From: Macrostomum lignano
Taxonomy: Eukaryota
Direction of reading: 5' to 3'
Length of the DNA stretch: 64,000 nt
NCBI GenBank assembly: GCA_002269645.1
Contig: NIVC01002695.1
Coordinates: 62,001-126,000, forward strand
Part shown: one piece after another, positions 49,220 through 60,163 of the stretch
Layout: each line of letters begins with the position of its first letter
How positions within the stretch are numbered: the stretch's first letter is position 1
Made by a program: the position numbers and the translations under genes
Notes under the pieces: generated by a model
The model's database searches: none
Told to the model about the DNA's origin: nothing
What the model saw: the letters and a program-made list of their open reading frames with translations, nothing else

Positions 49220-49594
49220 GTGCTGTACGTGTGCTCGCTAGAGGGCAAAGGCGAGATCGCCGAGCTGACGGAGACGGCATCCTGCCGCTATCGCATCGTG
49301 GTGCTGGCCCGCCAGCTGTGCGAGCACCCGCTCTACCGGCCTAGGCGGACCCACGTCAACCAGCTGCACTGCCTGCCTGCTCAGAAGCCAGCTGATGCGG
49401 ACGCCAGCAGTAGCGATGCCGCCGCCGCCGCCGGCAGCTCTGAAGAGAAGAAAAAGCAGCAGGCGCTGCGCAAACCGGCCGCTCTGGTTGCCATGGAGAC
49501 AGCAGCCGACAGGCAGGTCCGGGCCAGCGTGCAAAGTCTTGAAGGCATTTTTGGCGCCGACGCCAGAGTGGAGATTTTGCATAAAGGTGGCCAG
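49220..49594 (+). CDS. ERLEC1: ER lectin 1 (XTP3-B/erlectin), penultimate coding exon: end of MRH domain 1 plus linker
   Basis: Acceptor TTCCCGCAG|G and donor CAG|GTGAGA, phase 0. VLYVCSLEGKGEIAELTETASCRYRIVVLARQLCEHPLYR matches my recollection of the ERLEC1 MRH1 C-terminus (VMYIC..EIL.V.E..TC.YEVVIL..LLC.HPKYR). Confidence 0.85.
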
Positions 49595-49688
49595 GTGAGA
49601 CTGGTGGAGGCTTTGGGTTGGAACTGGGGTTTTTGGTTATTAATATTCACTAAGCTGATTTAAGTGTTTTCTGTTAAAAATATGCTAA

Positions 49689-49982
49689 AAACAATGTACT
49701 AATAAAACAGTCAGTGTACTAATATAACAGTCAGTGTACTAATAAAACAGTCAGTGTACTAATATAACAGTCAGTGTACTAATAAAAACAGCCAATGTAC
49801 TAATAAAACAACCAATGTACTAATAAAACAGCCAATGTACTAATAAAACAGCCCATGTACTAATAAAACAGCCAGTGTACTAATATAACAGTCAGTGTAC
49901 TAATAAAACAGTCAGTGTACTAATATAACAGTCAGTGTACTAATAAAACAGTCAGTGTACTAATAAAACAGCCAATGTACTG
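49689..49982. repeat. 20-nt intronic minisatellite (AATAAAACAGTCAGTGTACT), ~14 copies
   Basis: Tandem units inside the intron 49595-50056. Confidence 0.95.
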
Positions 49983-50056
49983 TTAAAAAGCAAATCTAAC
50001 GCAATATTTGTTATTATCTTGTACTATCTAATTTCCAATCGCAATAACAATTCCAG

Positions 50057-50107
50057 GTGTTCATAGCGGTGCACTCCGCTTCTCAGCAGCAGCAGCAGCA
50101 GCAGAAC

Positions 50108-50138
<31 letters not shown>

Positions 50139-50659
50139 CAACAGTGCAGACTCCCCCCCAGATACCGCAGGTGCAATCGTCGAAATTCTTCAGCGGCGCC
50201 ACGTGCATCGTAGGCGGCTCCACCTGGTGGCGGCATCAGGTCTGCTTCCGTAAGAGCATCATCCAATTCCACGTGTTCGACGATGGCAGGCGATCGGAAA
50301 TCCGGCTAGGCGAATGGAATCCCGACGCGCACATCGCCATGGCAACCGAGCGCAACCTGCTGCCGGTGCAGGACGACAAGGAGCTGGGCAGGCGCACGGA
50401 GCTCGTCCAGTTCTACACAGGCGGCGACATTTGCGACCTCACCGGCAAGCCGCGCTGGACTCGACTGCTGCTGCGTTGCCGCGGCGAGGCCGACAGCCCG
50501 ACGGCCGTCAGCATCGCCTTCGCCGAGCACCAGACCTGCCAGTACACGGTGACGCTAGAAGGCCGGATGCTGTGCCCCATCATCGCGGCGGCTGACCGGA
50601 CAACCGGCCTGGTGCCCGACGATGCCGCGTTTGACGACGCGGAACCGGCGACTCCGTGA
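50057..50659 (+). CDS. ERLEC1: ER lectin 1, last coding exon: polyQ plus MRH domain 2
   Basis: Acceptor TTCCAG|G. Encodes C..GG..WW.HQVCF, FYTGGDICDLTGKPR, SPTAVS..EHQTCQY.V.LE..MLC (PRKCSH/MRH motifs). TGA at 50657-50659. Confidence 0.9.
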
Positions 50660-52045
50660 CGGCTTCTGTGTTTTACAGGGGGTCTCCGTCTGGCCTGCAG
50701 CTGGGGGCCCTCGGACTGGTTATTTGCATTCTCGAGAGCTGCGGCTGACTCGATAAGGTTTTTGTGGGCTAGGATTACATAGAAGGGGATTTCGGATCTG
50801 AGATTACATCTAAGAAGGGAATTTGGGAGCTGGGGTGTGTGATGACGTTAAAAGAAGGATCTGGAGTGTAGCCGTAGAGCAATCGCGCATAGGCATCTGT
50901 CACCACAATTGCTCTTTTCTGTTTGACTTTGTTCTAGCTATTCCCTGACAAGTGTCAGTCAGCGTACATTGGGTTTCTAGTCAGTAGTCCCTGAGGTTAG
51001 TGAAAGCCGTTATATGGCCAAGTGTCATTTGTATGTCCTTATTTGTATAGTTTAATCGCCTTTCCTGCGTACTAAGTTAACGTCCTCGTATATGCTAATC
51101 TGTGTGGCCAAAATGCGAGTTTATGTCTATTAGCAAGTATTCTGTTAGCGCTGAACTGCTTCAACTCTGTTTGCTCTCTCCTTTGTTTAACCTTTCCTTC
51201 TGTTATTGATGATTAATATTGCCATTTCCTACTGTGTTTCATTGTATCGAATGTGCTTTTGTTCTGTTAAATTTGTGTATTTTTTTTCATGCAACTTTTG
51301 TCTCGTTTGCCTCTTTGTGTCTCCCTCTGTATCCCGTCTTGTGTCTGTCTGCTAAATTGTAAAACACTTGCTAAAATTATCATCCAAAAATACAACACAG
51401 TCCAATACAGGTTTTTGGGCTGCAGGAAGAATTTCAGATTTTTGATTTGAGCATAAATTCCCATGATTCGATCATGGTATTGGCAAATAATAGTGATGCA
51501 TTATATTTGGAATTAATAACTATGTCTACCAGTAATAATATGCTAATTTCGCATCAAGTACGCTTATTGGTAAATGCCGTCACAATTCAATACGGAGTAC
51601 GAGTATATTGATCGCAGGGGGGGGGGGGGCAGCTACCACCAAAGTTGAGGTAGTTTTAAACAACCTTACATGTACCTTACAAGCGGAATAATCGTGACAA
51701 ATTCTATATACCGTTTACCATAAAGATACCATATAAACCGTCATTATAGAAATCTAGAGAAAGACTTCCGGCTTATGAGAAAGACAGGTGGACTGGATTA
51801 CTTTAGCCAGATTAGCTCTGGGGGCAACAGCTCTCTCTCTAATCGAGATGAGTGTCATAATCTAGAATGCGACTCATATAAGATCGAAGCCATTTTGGAA
51901 GGCCGATAAAGTGGATGCCAACCTAACGACCGTTTTGATATAATTCAGCCTCTTCCATTCTCTGACTAACTTGGCGACCCCGTGCAAGCGATCCGTGTAA
52001 TTTATACAGCGGCGCCATTTAAGATGGGGACAGGTACCACTAGCG

Positions 52046-52315
52046 CTATTTGTGTTGGCGTCTTCGCAGAGCTCTCGTCAGGTTGGCAATGCGCTGACCC
52101 CTTGCTGACAGCCAATCAGGCAGATCCGTTACAGTTGGCACCGCCGACTGACCCTTGTAGTACAGCAGGAAGATGGTGACCCCGATGCCAACTAGGACCA
52201 ATAGGAGCTTCTTGCACAGGCTGGCGCCCTTCTTGCGTCCCGCCGCCGACGACCGCAGGTGGTCCGCAGACGAGCCAGCGCGGCTGATCAGGCCGTGGTG
52301 GCGACCGTTTGACAT
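52046..52315 (-). CDS. Candidate 89-aa single-pass (type II-like) membrane microprotein, family not recognised
   Basis: ATG 52315 to TAG 52046 in a GC-rich island. Basic RKK...KK segment then LLLVLVGIGVTIFLLYY. Plausible acceptor TTTCTTGTTGCCTAG at ~52353. Confidence 0.5.
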   Translation of the reverse strand: MSNGRHHGLISRAGSSADHLRSSAAGRKKGASLCKKLLLVLVGIGVTIFLLYYKGQSAVPTVTDLPDWLSARGQRIANLTRALRRRQHK

Positions 52316-53637
52316 GTAGGGAGTCTGGCTGGTCTGAGGAGATAAGCCGATTCTAGGCAACAAGAAATCAAGGCGGGTGCGACTTCAGTAGCTCTAGGCG
52401 CTGATTGCCTAGTGCTGTTCTAATTGGGAAACAACATTTGCAGCACTTTACTTACTTGATTTTTTGTCAAGTCAGTAAGTACCGCAGCTGGGTGGGAGCC
52501 GGTTTCTCCCACCGGCTACTCAATCTTGAATTGATTATGTTTCAACAGATCCAAGTCGTGGCAATTGTTTACCCAGACCAAATCACATTTGCAGAGCCTG
52601 CAGGCAGCAAAGCTTCATGTAGCTACTGGTCAATGGCAGCTGGTGCAACTACTTTACTCAGCGTCTTGAAAATAAAGCCAAATTTACCTGCCCGCTTGCT
52701 ACTGCAGCAGACTGCTCAGCAGGTCTCAAGGCGTGTCAGATTTTCAGGCCAAAAGCTTTAACTGCAAACTGCAAAAGCTCTAACTTGAAAAAAGATAAGA
52801 TAAAAGCAGGCCAGAGCTCTGGGGAATCGATATGTGAGACCATTTCTGCTTAAAGTTGGATAATCGAGTATACATGTAATTAGGGACACGCGTTGCAGAA
52901 AGAAAGTGTTTATAAACTTCACACAAAGTTACTGGAATGGGTCATCTGATTACCTGCTTCGTGAACTGGTGGCAAGCTAAGACCAATTCACGCGAAAATG
53001 TTTACAGATTATTACTAGCCTAGAACCTAGCTGGCAGACTAAGACGAGTGGTTGCGCAACCAGCTGGCCGACCAACCCCCCTATCCCCCAGTCCCTCCTC
53101 CACTCGGAGCGGACGTGAAATAGTTGGAAAAAGGGACGAAATGTAGGGCGTGGATAGGAGAGGGGTTGGGTGCGGGGGTCTCCACTATAATTTTTTGAAC
53201 GAAATGGCTCGGCAGGCGGCTGTGAAGTCTCTCGGGGGTTGGTGGGTTGGACAATAGCCACGGCCCAACGATTTAACTGAAATCGCCAGTCTTTGCATGC
53301 TCTTCGATAAAAAGAATTGAAGGCCAAAGAGAGTTGTGAAAGAAGGCCCCTCCTCTCCAAACCCAACCACCCCGGCATTCGAGCAAGAACGTGCGGCTGC
53401 CGAGACCTTTTATAGCCATCGCCATGATCAGCATTTTACATTTCGTGGCGCAGAAACTGCTTTGATAGCGAAGTCAATTAATAAAATAAATTATAATTTG
53501 ATAGGAAATAAACGCATTGAGTCCAAGAAGCAGCATGTTGCAAGCACAGAGGCACTTTGAATATATAATTACAGCCTAATTTAAGCTGAGCAGTCAGTAG
53601 ACTCCTGCAGTTTAACAGAGCTCACTCCTCGGATTTA

Positions 53638-54389
53638 ATGGACACTACTCTGCCAGTTAAACAGCAGCCAATGTCACCCAATGCACCGCCTGCTTCAACG
53701 CAGTCGAGCCAACAGCGGCCTCAGCAGCACCTCCAGCAGCAGCAGCAGCAGCCGCTGTCCTCTCCTCTGGCCACCGCGCGGAGCAATGCCAACTCGACAG
53801 TCCCGTTCTCAGCCTCGATCGATGCCGAGCCGTTCGCAGCCTATCGACTGTTCGCCGATCACTCCACTGCGCAGCATCTGCAGCAGCCGCAGCTGCATCA
53901 GCTGCAGGAGCCAACTGATTTGCCAGACTATGCCAGTCTGATGATGGTTGCTCAGCCCGAGCACCAGCATCTGCATCAGCAGCAGCATCAGCAGCAGCCT
54001 CAGCTTCAAAACTATCAGCAGCAGCATCTGGCTAGCATGTACGATCTGCCCCGACCCGAGAAGGTCCCGGTGTCGACAATCAACTACCTGCCCCAGCCAC
54101 ACCAGCTGCACCAGCCTCACCTGCCTTCGCTTCCGACGTCCTCAACCGCCTATCAGATGCCTCAAGCGTGCGACCAGCTGACATCGGCAGTTACCATAGC
54201 AACAACAACTCGCTACCCGATCCAACTCGGCGACACTGATGCCGACTGCGCCGCCACCACAAACAGCAGCTGCTCGCCGACTTCGTCCAGCGCGTCGAAC
54301 CAGACGCCTCCGACTGGCGCCAAATTTGGCCGAAGAGGCGCCGCCGGGGCAAGCAAGAAGCCGGTGCCGAACGATCTGAAGGACTCCAG
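53638..54389 (+). CDS. PAR-family bZIP transcription factor (CES-2/giant/TEF-HLF-like), exon 1
   Basis: ATG 53638; Q/P/S-rich N-terminus ending KKPVPNDLKDS(R); donor AG|GTGAAA at 54390, phase 2. Confidence 0.85.
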
Positions 54390-54505
54390 GTGAAATGAAG
54401 TTTCCCATCGATTTTTCTTTATTGCACCTTCAACAATCAGGGCAAGGCAAGGGTTCTTAAAGCTCTATTTAGTGATAGAACTCTGCAGACTCTATTTGAA
54501 ACAAA

Positions 54506-55134
54506 ATCCAGGATTCTCGGACTGACTGACCCACTGTGACCCGGGATTCTCGGACTGACTGACCCACTGGGACCCGGGATTCTCGGAATGACTGACTGAC
54601 CCACTGGAACCCAGGATTCTCGGACTGTCTGACTGACCCACTGGGATTCGAGATTCTCGGACTTTCTGACTGACCCACTGGGACCCGGGATTCTCGGACT
54701 GTCTGACTGACCCACTGGGACCCGGGATTCTCGAACTGTCTGACTGACCCACTGGGATTCGGGATTCTCGGACTGTCTGACTGACCCACTGGGATTCGGG
54801 ATTCTCGGACTGTCTGACTGACCCACTGAGACCTGGGATTCTCGGACTGTCTGACTGACCCACTGTGACCCGGGATTCTCGGACTGTCTGACTGACCCAC
54901 TGGGACCCGGGATTCTCGGACTGTCTGACTGACCCACTGGGATTCGGGATTCTCGGACTGTCTGACTGACCCACTGGGACCCGGGATTCTCGGCCTGACT
55001 GACCCACTGGGACCCGGGATTCTCGGACTGACTGACCCACTGGGACTTGGAATTCTCGGACTGTCTGACTGACCCACTGGGACCCAGGATTCTCGGACTG
55101 ACTGACCCACTGGGACCCGGGATTCTCGGACTGG
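54506..55134. repeat. 37/33-nt intronic minisatellite (GACTGTCTGACTGACCCACTGGGACCCGGGATTCTCG), ~17 copies
   Basis: Fills most of the intron 54390-55166; source of the SENPGSQW ORFs. Confidence 0.95.
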
Positions 55135-55166
55135 GTACCGCATGCTTACACCCTCCTCCCCGCCAG

Positions 55167-55404
55167 GTACTTTGAGCGCCGGAAACGGAACAACGCAGCA
55201 GCCAAGAAGTCGCGCGATGCCCGGAAACAGCGCGAAGACGAAGTAGCGGTCCGAGCCAGCTACCTGGAGAAGGAGAACGCCGTGCTCAGAGCTCAGCTCA
55301 ACTCTCTGCGTGAGGAGGTCAATTCACTCAGGGAGATGCTTCGAATTCAGCAGCAGCAACAGCAGCAGCAGCAGAGCAGTCACAGAGACTTGCCCGTGTC
55401 CTGA
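55167..55404 (+). CDS. PAR-family bZIP transcription factor, exon 2 (basic region plus leucine zipper)
   Basis: Acceptor CCCCGCCAG|G. Encodes (R)YFERRKRNNAAAKKSRDARKQREDEVAVRASYLEKENAVLRAQLNSLREEVNSLREML; TGA at 55402-55404. Not in the ORF track. Confidence 0.92.
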
Positions 55405-56166
55405 TAGTCACTACAGCTGTCCTGTTGATGAGGCACGATTTTAAATGTCCTCCTTCGTATCTTTATGGACATTAGGACTGGCTCTCTACCTCCGGAAATC
55501 TTTTTTATTTTAGTCTGTTCTGGCCTTTTGCTGAACTCATTTTCTCTCTTTCAATGTCTTACATCTCCGCTACCTCCTTATTGTTTAGAACTGGCCTCAG
55601 CTATAACCATTTAACGGATAACTATAGTATTCGAAATTACGGTTCAATATAATGTAGCTGGATGGTCACTCCATCTCAATTCGGTAATGTTTGCCCTTTT
55701 TTAATCGATTTTACCCCTTGGTATCATTTTTACCGTCTCATCCAGTCAAGATTTATCTTCTCATTCTGTCAGTCTTTTAAGCTCAATCCTGTCACCCTCG
55801 ATTACCCTCTCGTCCAGTCACCATTTTACCCTGTCATCCAGTCCCCACTTTTTCCTCTCGTCCGGTCACCATTTTACCTCTATTACCTACATAGCTGGTA
55901 TTATCACTCTCACTTTCGCAGAGTTTTCCATCTTCTTTTCAATTTCAACGTGGTTTACGTTCCCAAACTTTAGTCCCGAGGTCTATGATTGAGTTCAGTC
56001 TCTTGCCCAGTTTCCGACGTGCCCCTCCCCTGTTTTTTTCAGCATATGTAAGTAGTATTATGTATTTAAGTGTAGTCGAAACATTTTTATGAGCAATTCA
56101 TATTTTCAATGATTTTCCGTGCTATCCCAAAACTGTAAATACAATTTGTTAACGCAGTTCCGTCTG

Positions 56167-59100
56167 CGTTTGACTGTCCAGTTGAGTTCGTCCCGAGCTG
56201 CACCTGGACAATCGAATCACAGAATGTGCTGTTGTACAATTAAAAACATCAAAGCAACAAAGTTGATGGTGGCATAAGACTTCGTATAGAGCGTCGCTGT
56301 AGTCTTCGTGTCAAAGGCCGCCAAGATCGCGGCTTAAAGTCCGTTGAGCGAGGATGTACTGAAGTACCAAATCTCGACGGTGTAGCAACTCGACTCTGGT
56401 TTGCTACTAGCAATTTACGTAATCCTCTCTGGACCAGACACTTTCTAAAATCTCAGAAATAAGCTATAGATTGCTAGCTTTTCCTGTGGTTCTTTCGTCA
56501 GTAAAAGCTGATAACTAGGCCACTGCCACAGAACTGCACTCGACTTTTGACAATAAACACATCAAGTTGATAAAACGTCAATCAAGTGAACAGCTCGTAG
56601 TTTAAAGTTGAAAACTCTCAAACAGATTGCAAGCCAAGCTTGCAATCACGACAACCACGTAGAGAACTTCAAAGCAATTGTTTTGTGTACAGAACTCGCA
56701 TCGTGTGGCCTTAACAGTAGAACTACCAAGGGGGGGGAATTTCCCCCAAGGGGGGACAATTTTTTTTGCTGCGCCGGAACGGAGCAACGCAGGCACACGA
56801 AATTCAAGAACACGGGCTAACTTTTTGTTGCGCACCTTCTCAAACAAGAATCAAGTCGCCAGCCCTCCGGACCGTCGAGATATTCGACGATTCTGCCAGA
56901 AGGTCGGATTTTTCCCATAAGCGCTAGTGTATTCAGTACACCCCTGTGCGCCAACCAGCACTGCGCCTCAGTGCAGCCTTGCCAAGTCTCCAAATTTCAT
57001 CAGCACGTCGACCACATGTGTCTGCATCAGTTCTGACTTCGTTGGTCACTAGCCTTCACCCAGGTGGAGCTTCTGGACCCTCAACAGCTGTGGCACCAGG
57101 TGACTATGGACACCCTGATGCGGATTTCTCTAGTTTCGCCGATCAAGCCTCGACAGTGGGCAAGAATCAACCGTCAGACATTCTTAGCTAGTCTCTCAAG
57201 CATTCCGTCATCATCCTGACGCCGTCGGCACCTTCAACAGATTACACCAGGTGACTATGGACACCCTGATGCTGATTTCTCTAGTTTCGCCGATCAAGCC
57301 TCGACAGAGGGCAAGAATCAACCGTCAGACATTCTCAGCTAGTCTCTCAAGCATTCCGTCATCATCCCGACGCCGTCGGCTCCTTCAACAGATTGCACCA
57401 GGTGACTATGGACAGCCTGATAAGAATCTCTCTAGTTTCGCTGATCAAGCCTCGACAGTGGGCAAAATCAAGTGCTGGACATCCTCAGCTAGTCATTCAA
57501 GCATTCAGCCATCACGCCGACGCCGTCGGCACCTTCAACAGGTGGCACCAGGTGAGTAAGGACACCTGAGCGTGATTTTTCATCATGCGCTTAACATTTC
57601 TGAAGCTCTCAAAATTTTTTAAGCACGGACATTGCTATAGTTAAGCTTGAACTCATGTTGCTGTATATTTATATTATTATTGGGTTCTTATATTATAGTT
57701 CAATAAACTAAACAGCTTGTCAAATAAAGTATGTATGTAGCTCGTATGTATAAAAGTATGTGTAATAATAATATACATATACAGCAACATGAGTTCAAGC
57801 TTAACTATAGCAATGTTCGTGCTTAAAAAATTTTGAGAGCTTCAGAAATGTTAAGCGCATGATGAAAAATCACACTTAGGTGTCCTTACTCACCTGGTGC
57901 CACCTGTTGAAGGTGCCGACGGCGTCGGCGTGATGGCTGAATGCTTGAATGACTAGCTGAGGATGTCCAGCACTTGATTTTGCCCACTGTCGAGGCTTGA
58001 TCAGCGAAACTAGAGAGATTCTTATCAGGCTGTCCATAGTCACCTGGTGCAATCTGTTGAAGGAGCCGACGGCGTCGGGATGATGACGGAATGCTTGAGA
58101 GACTAGCTGAGAATGTCTGACGGTTGATTCTTGCCCTCTGTCGAGGCTTGATCGGCGAAACTAGAGAAATCAGCATCAGGGTGTCCATAGTCACCTGGTG
58201 TAATCTGTTGAAGGTGCCGACGGCGTCAGGATGATGACGGAATGCTTGAGAGACTAGCTAAGAATGTCTGACGGTTGATTCTTGCCCACTGTCGAGGCTT
58301 GATCGGCGAAACTAGAGAAATCCGCATCAGGGTGTCCATAGTCACCTGGTGCCACAGCTGTTGAGGGTCCAGAAGCTCCACCTGGGCGAAGGCTAGTGAC
58401 CAACGAAGTCAGAACTGATGCAGACACATGTGGTCGACGTGCTGATGAAATTTGGAGACTTGGCAAGGCTGCACTGAGGCGCAGTGCTGGTTGGCGCACA
58501 GGGGTGTACTGAATACACTAGCGCTTATGGGAAAAATCCGACCTTCTGGCAGAATCGTCGAATATCTCGACGGTCCGGAGGGCTGGCGACTTGATTCTTG
58601 TTTGAGAAGGTGCGCAACAAAAAGTTAGCCCGTGTTCTTGAATTTCGTGTGCCTGCGTTGCTCCGTTCCGGCGCAGCAAAAAAAATTGTCCCCCCTTGGG
58701 GGAAATTCCCCCCCCTTGGTAGTTCTACTGTTAAGGCCACACGATGCGAGTTCTGTACACAAAACAATTGCTTTGAAGTTCTCTACGTGGTTGTCGTGAT
58801 TGCAAGCTTGGCTTGCAATCTGTTTGAGAGTTTTCAACTTTAAACTACGAGCTGTTCACTTGATTGACGTTTTATCAACTTGATGTGTTTATTGTCAAAA
58901 GTCGAGTGCAGTTCTGTGGCAGTGGCCTAGTTATCAGCTTTTACTGACGAAAGAACCACAGGAAAAGCTAGCAATCTATAGCTTATTTCTGAGATTTTAG
59001 AAAGTGTCTGGTCCAGAGAGGATTACGTAAATTGCTAGTAGCAAACCAGAGTCGAGTTGCTACACCGTCGAGATTTGGTACTTCAGTACATCCTCGCTCA

Positions 59101-59278
59101 ACGGACTTTAAGCCGCGATCTTGGCGGCCTTTGACACGAAGACTACAGCGACGCTCTATACGAAGTCTTATGCCACCATCAACTTTGTTGCTTTGATGTT
59201 TTTAATTGTACAACAGCACATTCTGTGATTCGATTGTCCAGGTGCAGCTCGGGACGAACTCAACTGGACAGTCAAACG
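56167..59278. repeat. Long inverted repeat (foldback): arms 56167-57681 and 57764-59278 (1515 bp each), 82-bp spacer
   Basis: Mirror ORF pairs all give start+end = 115445, so there are no net indels between the arms. At least 5 substitutions seen. No TSD found. Confidence 0.95.
57094..57556 (+). repeat. ~151-bp tandem repeat, three units, inside the left arm (mirror at 57889-58351)
   Basis: CACCAGGTGA recurs at 57094, 57245, 57396 and 57546. Confidence 0.9.
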
Positions 59279-60163
59279 GTGCCAGACTTTGGGTTGTCTG
59301 TGATCATCCATCATTTGTTTTAAGCGCAGATGCTGATCTTGCATTGGCAGGGATTCCAAAATGATCTAATTCTGAAGTGTCGGACTATTGCCCCGTCTTG
59401 AACACTGACTATACCAGTTAAATCGGTGGTGACTTCACTGACTTCAACGCCGTGACTACTTTAACGCAGTTAATTCATCCTTATCTATTTCGCACGCACT
59501 CAGCAGATGCTTTCAAGCGGCACATCGCATAGCTGGACCAAAAGATACGATGTAAAAGAGACAGAGAGTTCTTATGATTTTTTGGGATAAACGCAATCTA
59601 CAAGCATCTTTATTGAAAGATGGAGAGTTCGTTTGAATTTCGTAGAACACTTTTGACTCCACAATTAAGGATAGCCGAGGTGACGATCTGCACTTCGCCA
59701 GAGAGACCAGAACCCCCGAGGCAATTTAGACAGACTGTCTCCTTGTCGGAGCCCTCGCCGTCTCCGGGGAGCGACTCCAGAGTAACAGCGCGTGCCGCTG
59801 AAAATTGATTCTAGCAAACTGCTCACCAATTCCTGCTAGTCGCTTCTGTCGCAGATTAAATTTCTAATTGGAGCCTCAGTAGTCAATTTTCATAGTCGGC
59901 GGGAAAATTTGCACCACGCCCTGCTGCAAATTTGCAATACTCCAACGTCCGTCAAGCCGCTCCGAGCTGAACCGCCTCTCCCTGCCCTGAGAGGCTGACG
60001 CGTTGCTCGCCATTGGCCCGCTGGGACTCGCCCGGAAACTTGCGACGCCGCAGCGGTTCAAATGGCGCCGCAACTCGGTAGAGTTCGAGAAATTAAGTGT
60101 TAGACTATCAGAAACTGTCTGCAAAAGATTACTGGGAATAAACCTGTAAAATAATTTGTCGTC

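Noticed and set aside
48714-49248. 175-aa and 137-aa repetitive ORFs upstream of the ERLEC1 exon
   Set aside because: They are (ATG)n plus 21-mer minisatellite translations, upstream of a clear acceptor at 49219.
51617-51629. G13 run
   Set aside because: An isolated homopolymer with no supporting structure.
54437-55143. 166-224 aa minus-strand ORFs (SENPGSQW)
   Set aside because: Intronic 37/33-nt minisatellite, open in multiple frames.
56602-58843. Paired ORFs in the palindrome arms as transposase or genes
   Set aside because: They are short, overlap in several frames, show no DDE or other motif, and are paired only because of the inverted repeat.
56415-59030. PAR-bZIP site TTACGTAA at 56415-56422 and its mirror at 59023-59030, near the bZIP and Nav genes
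   Set aside because: It is one 8-mer duplicated by the palindrome, and about one occurrence per 64 kb is expected by chance.
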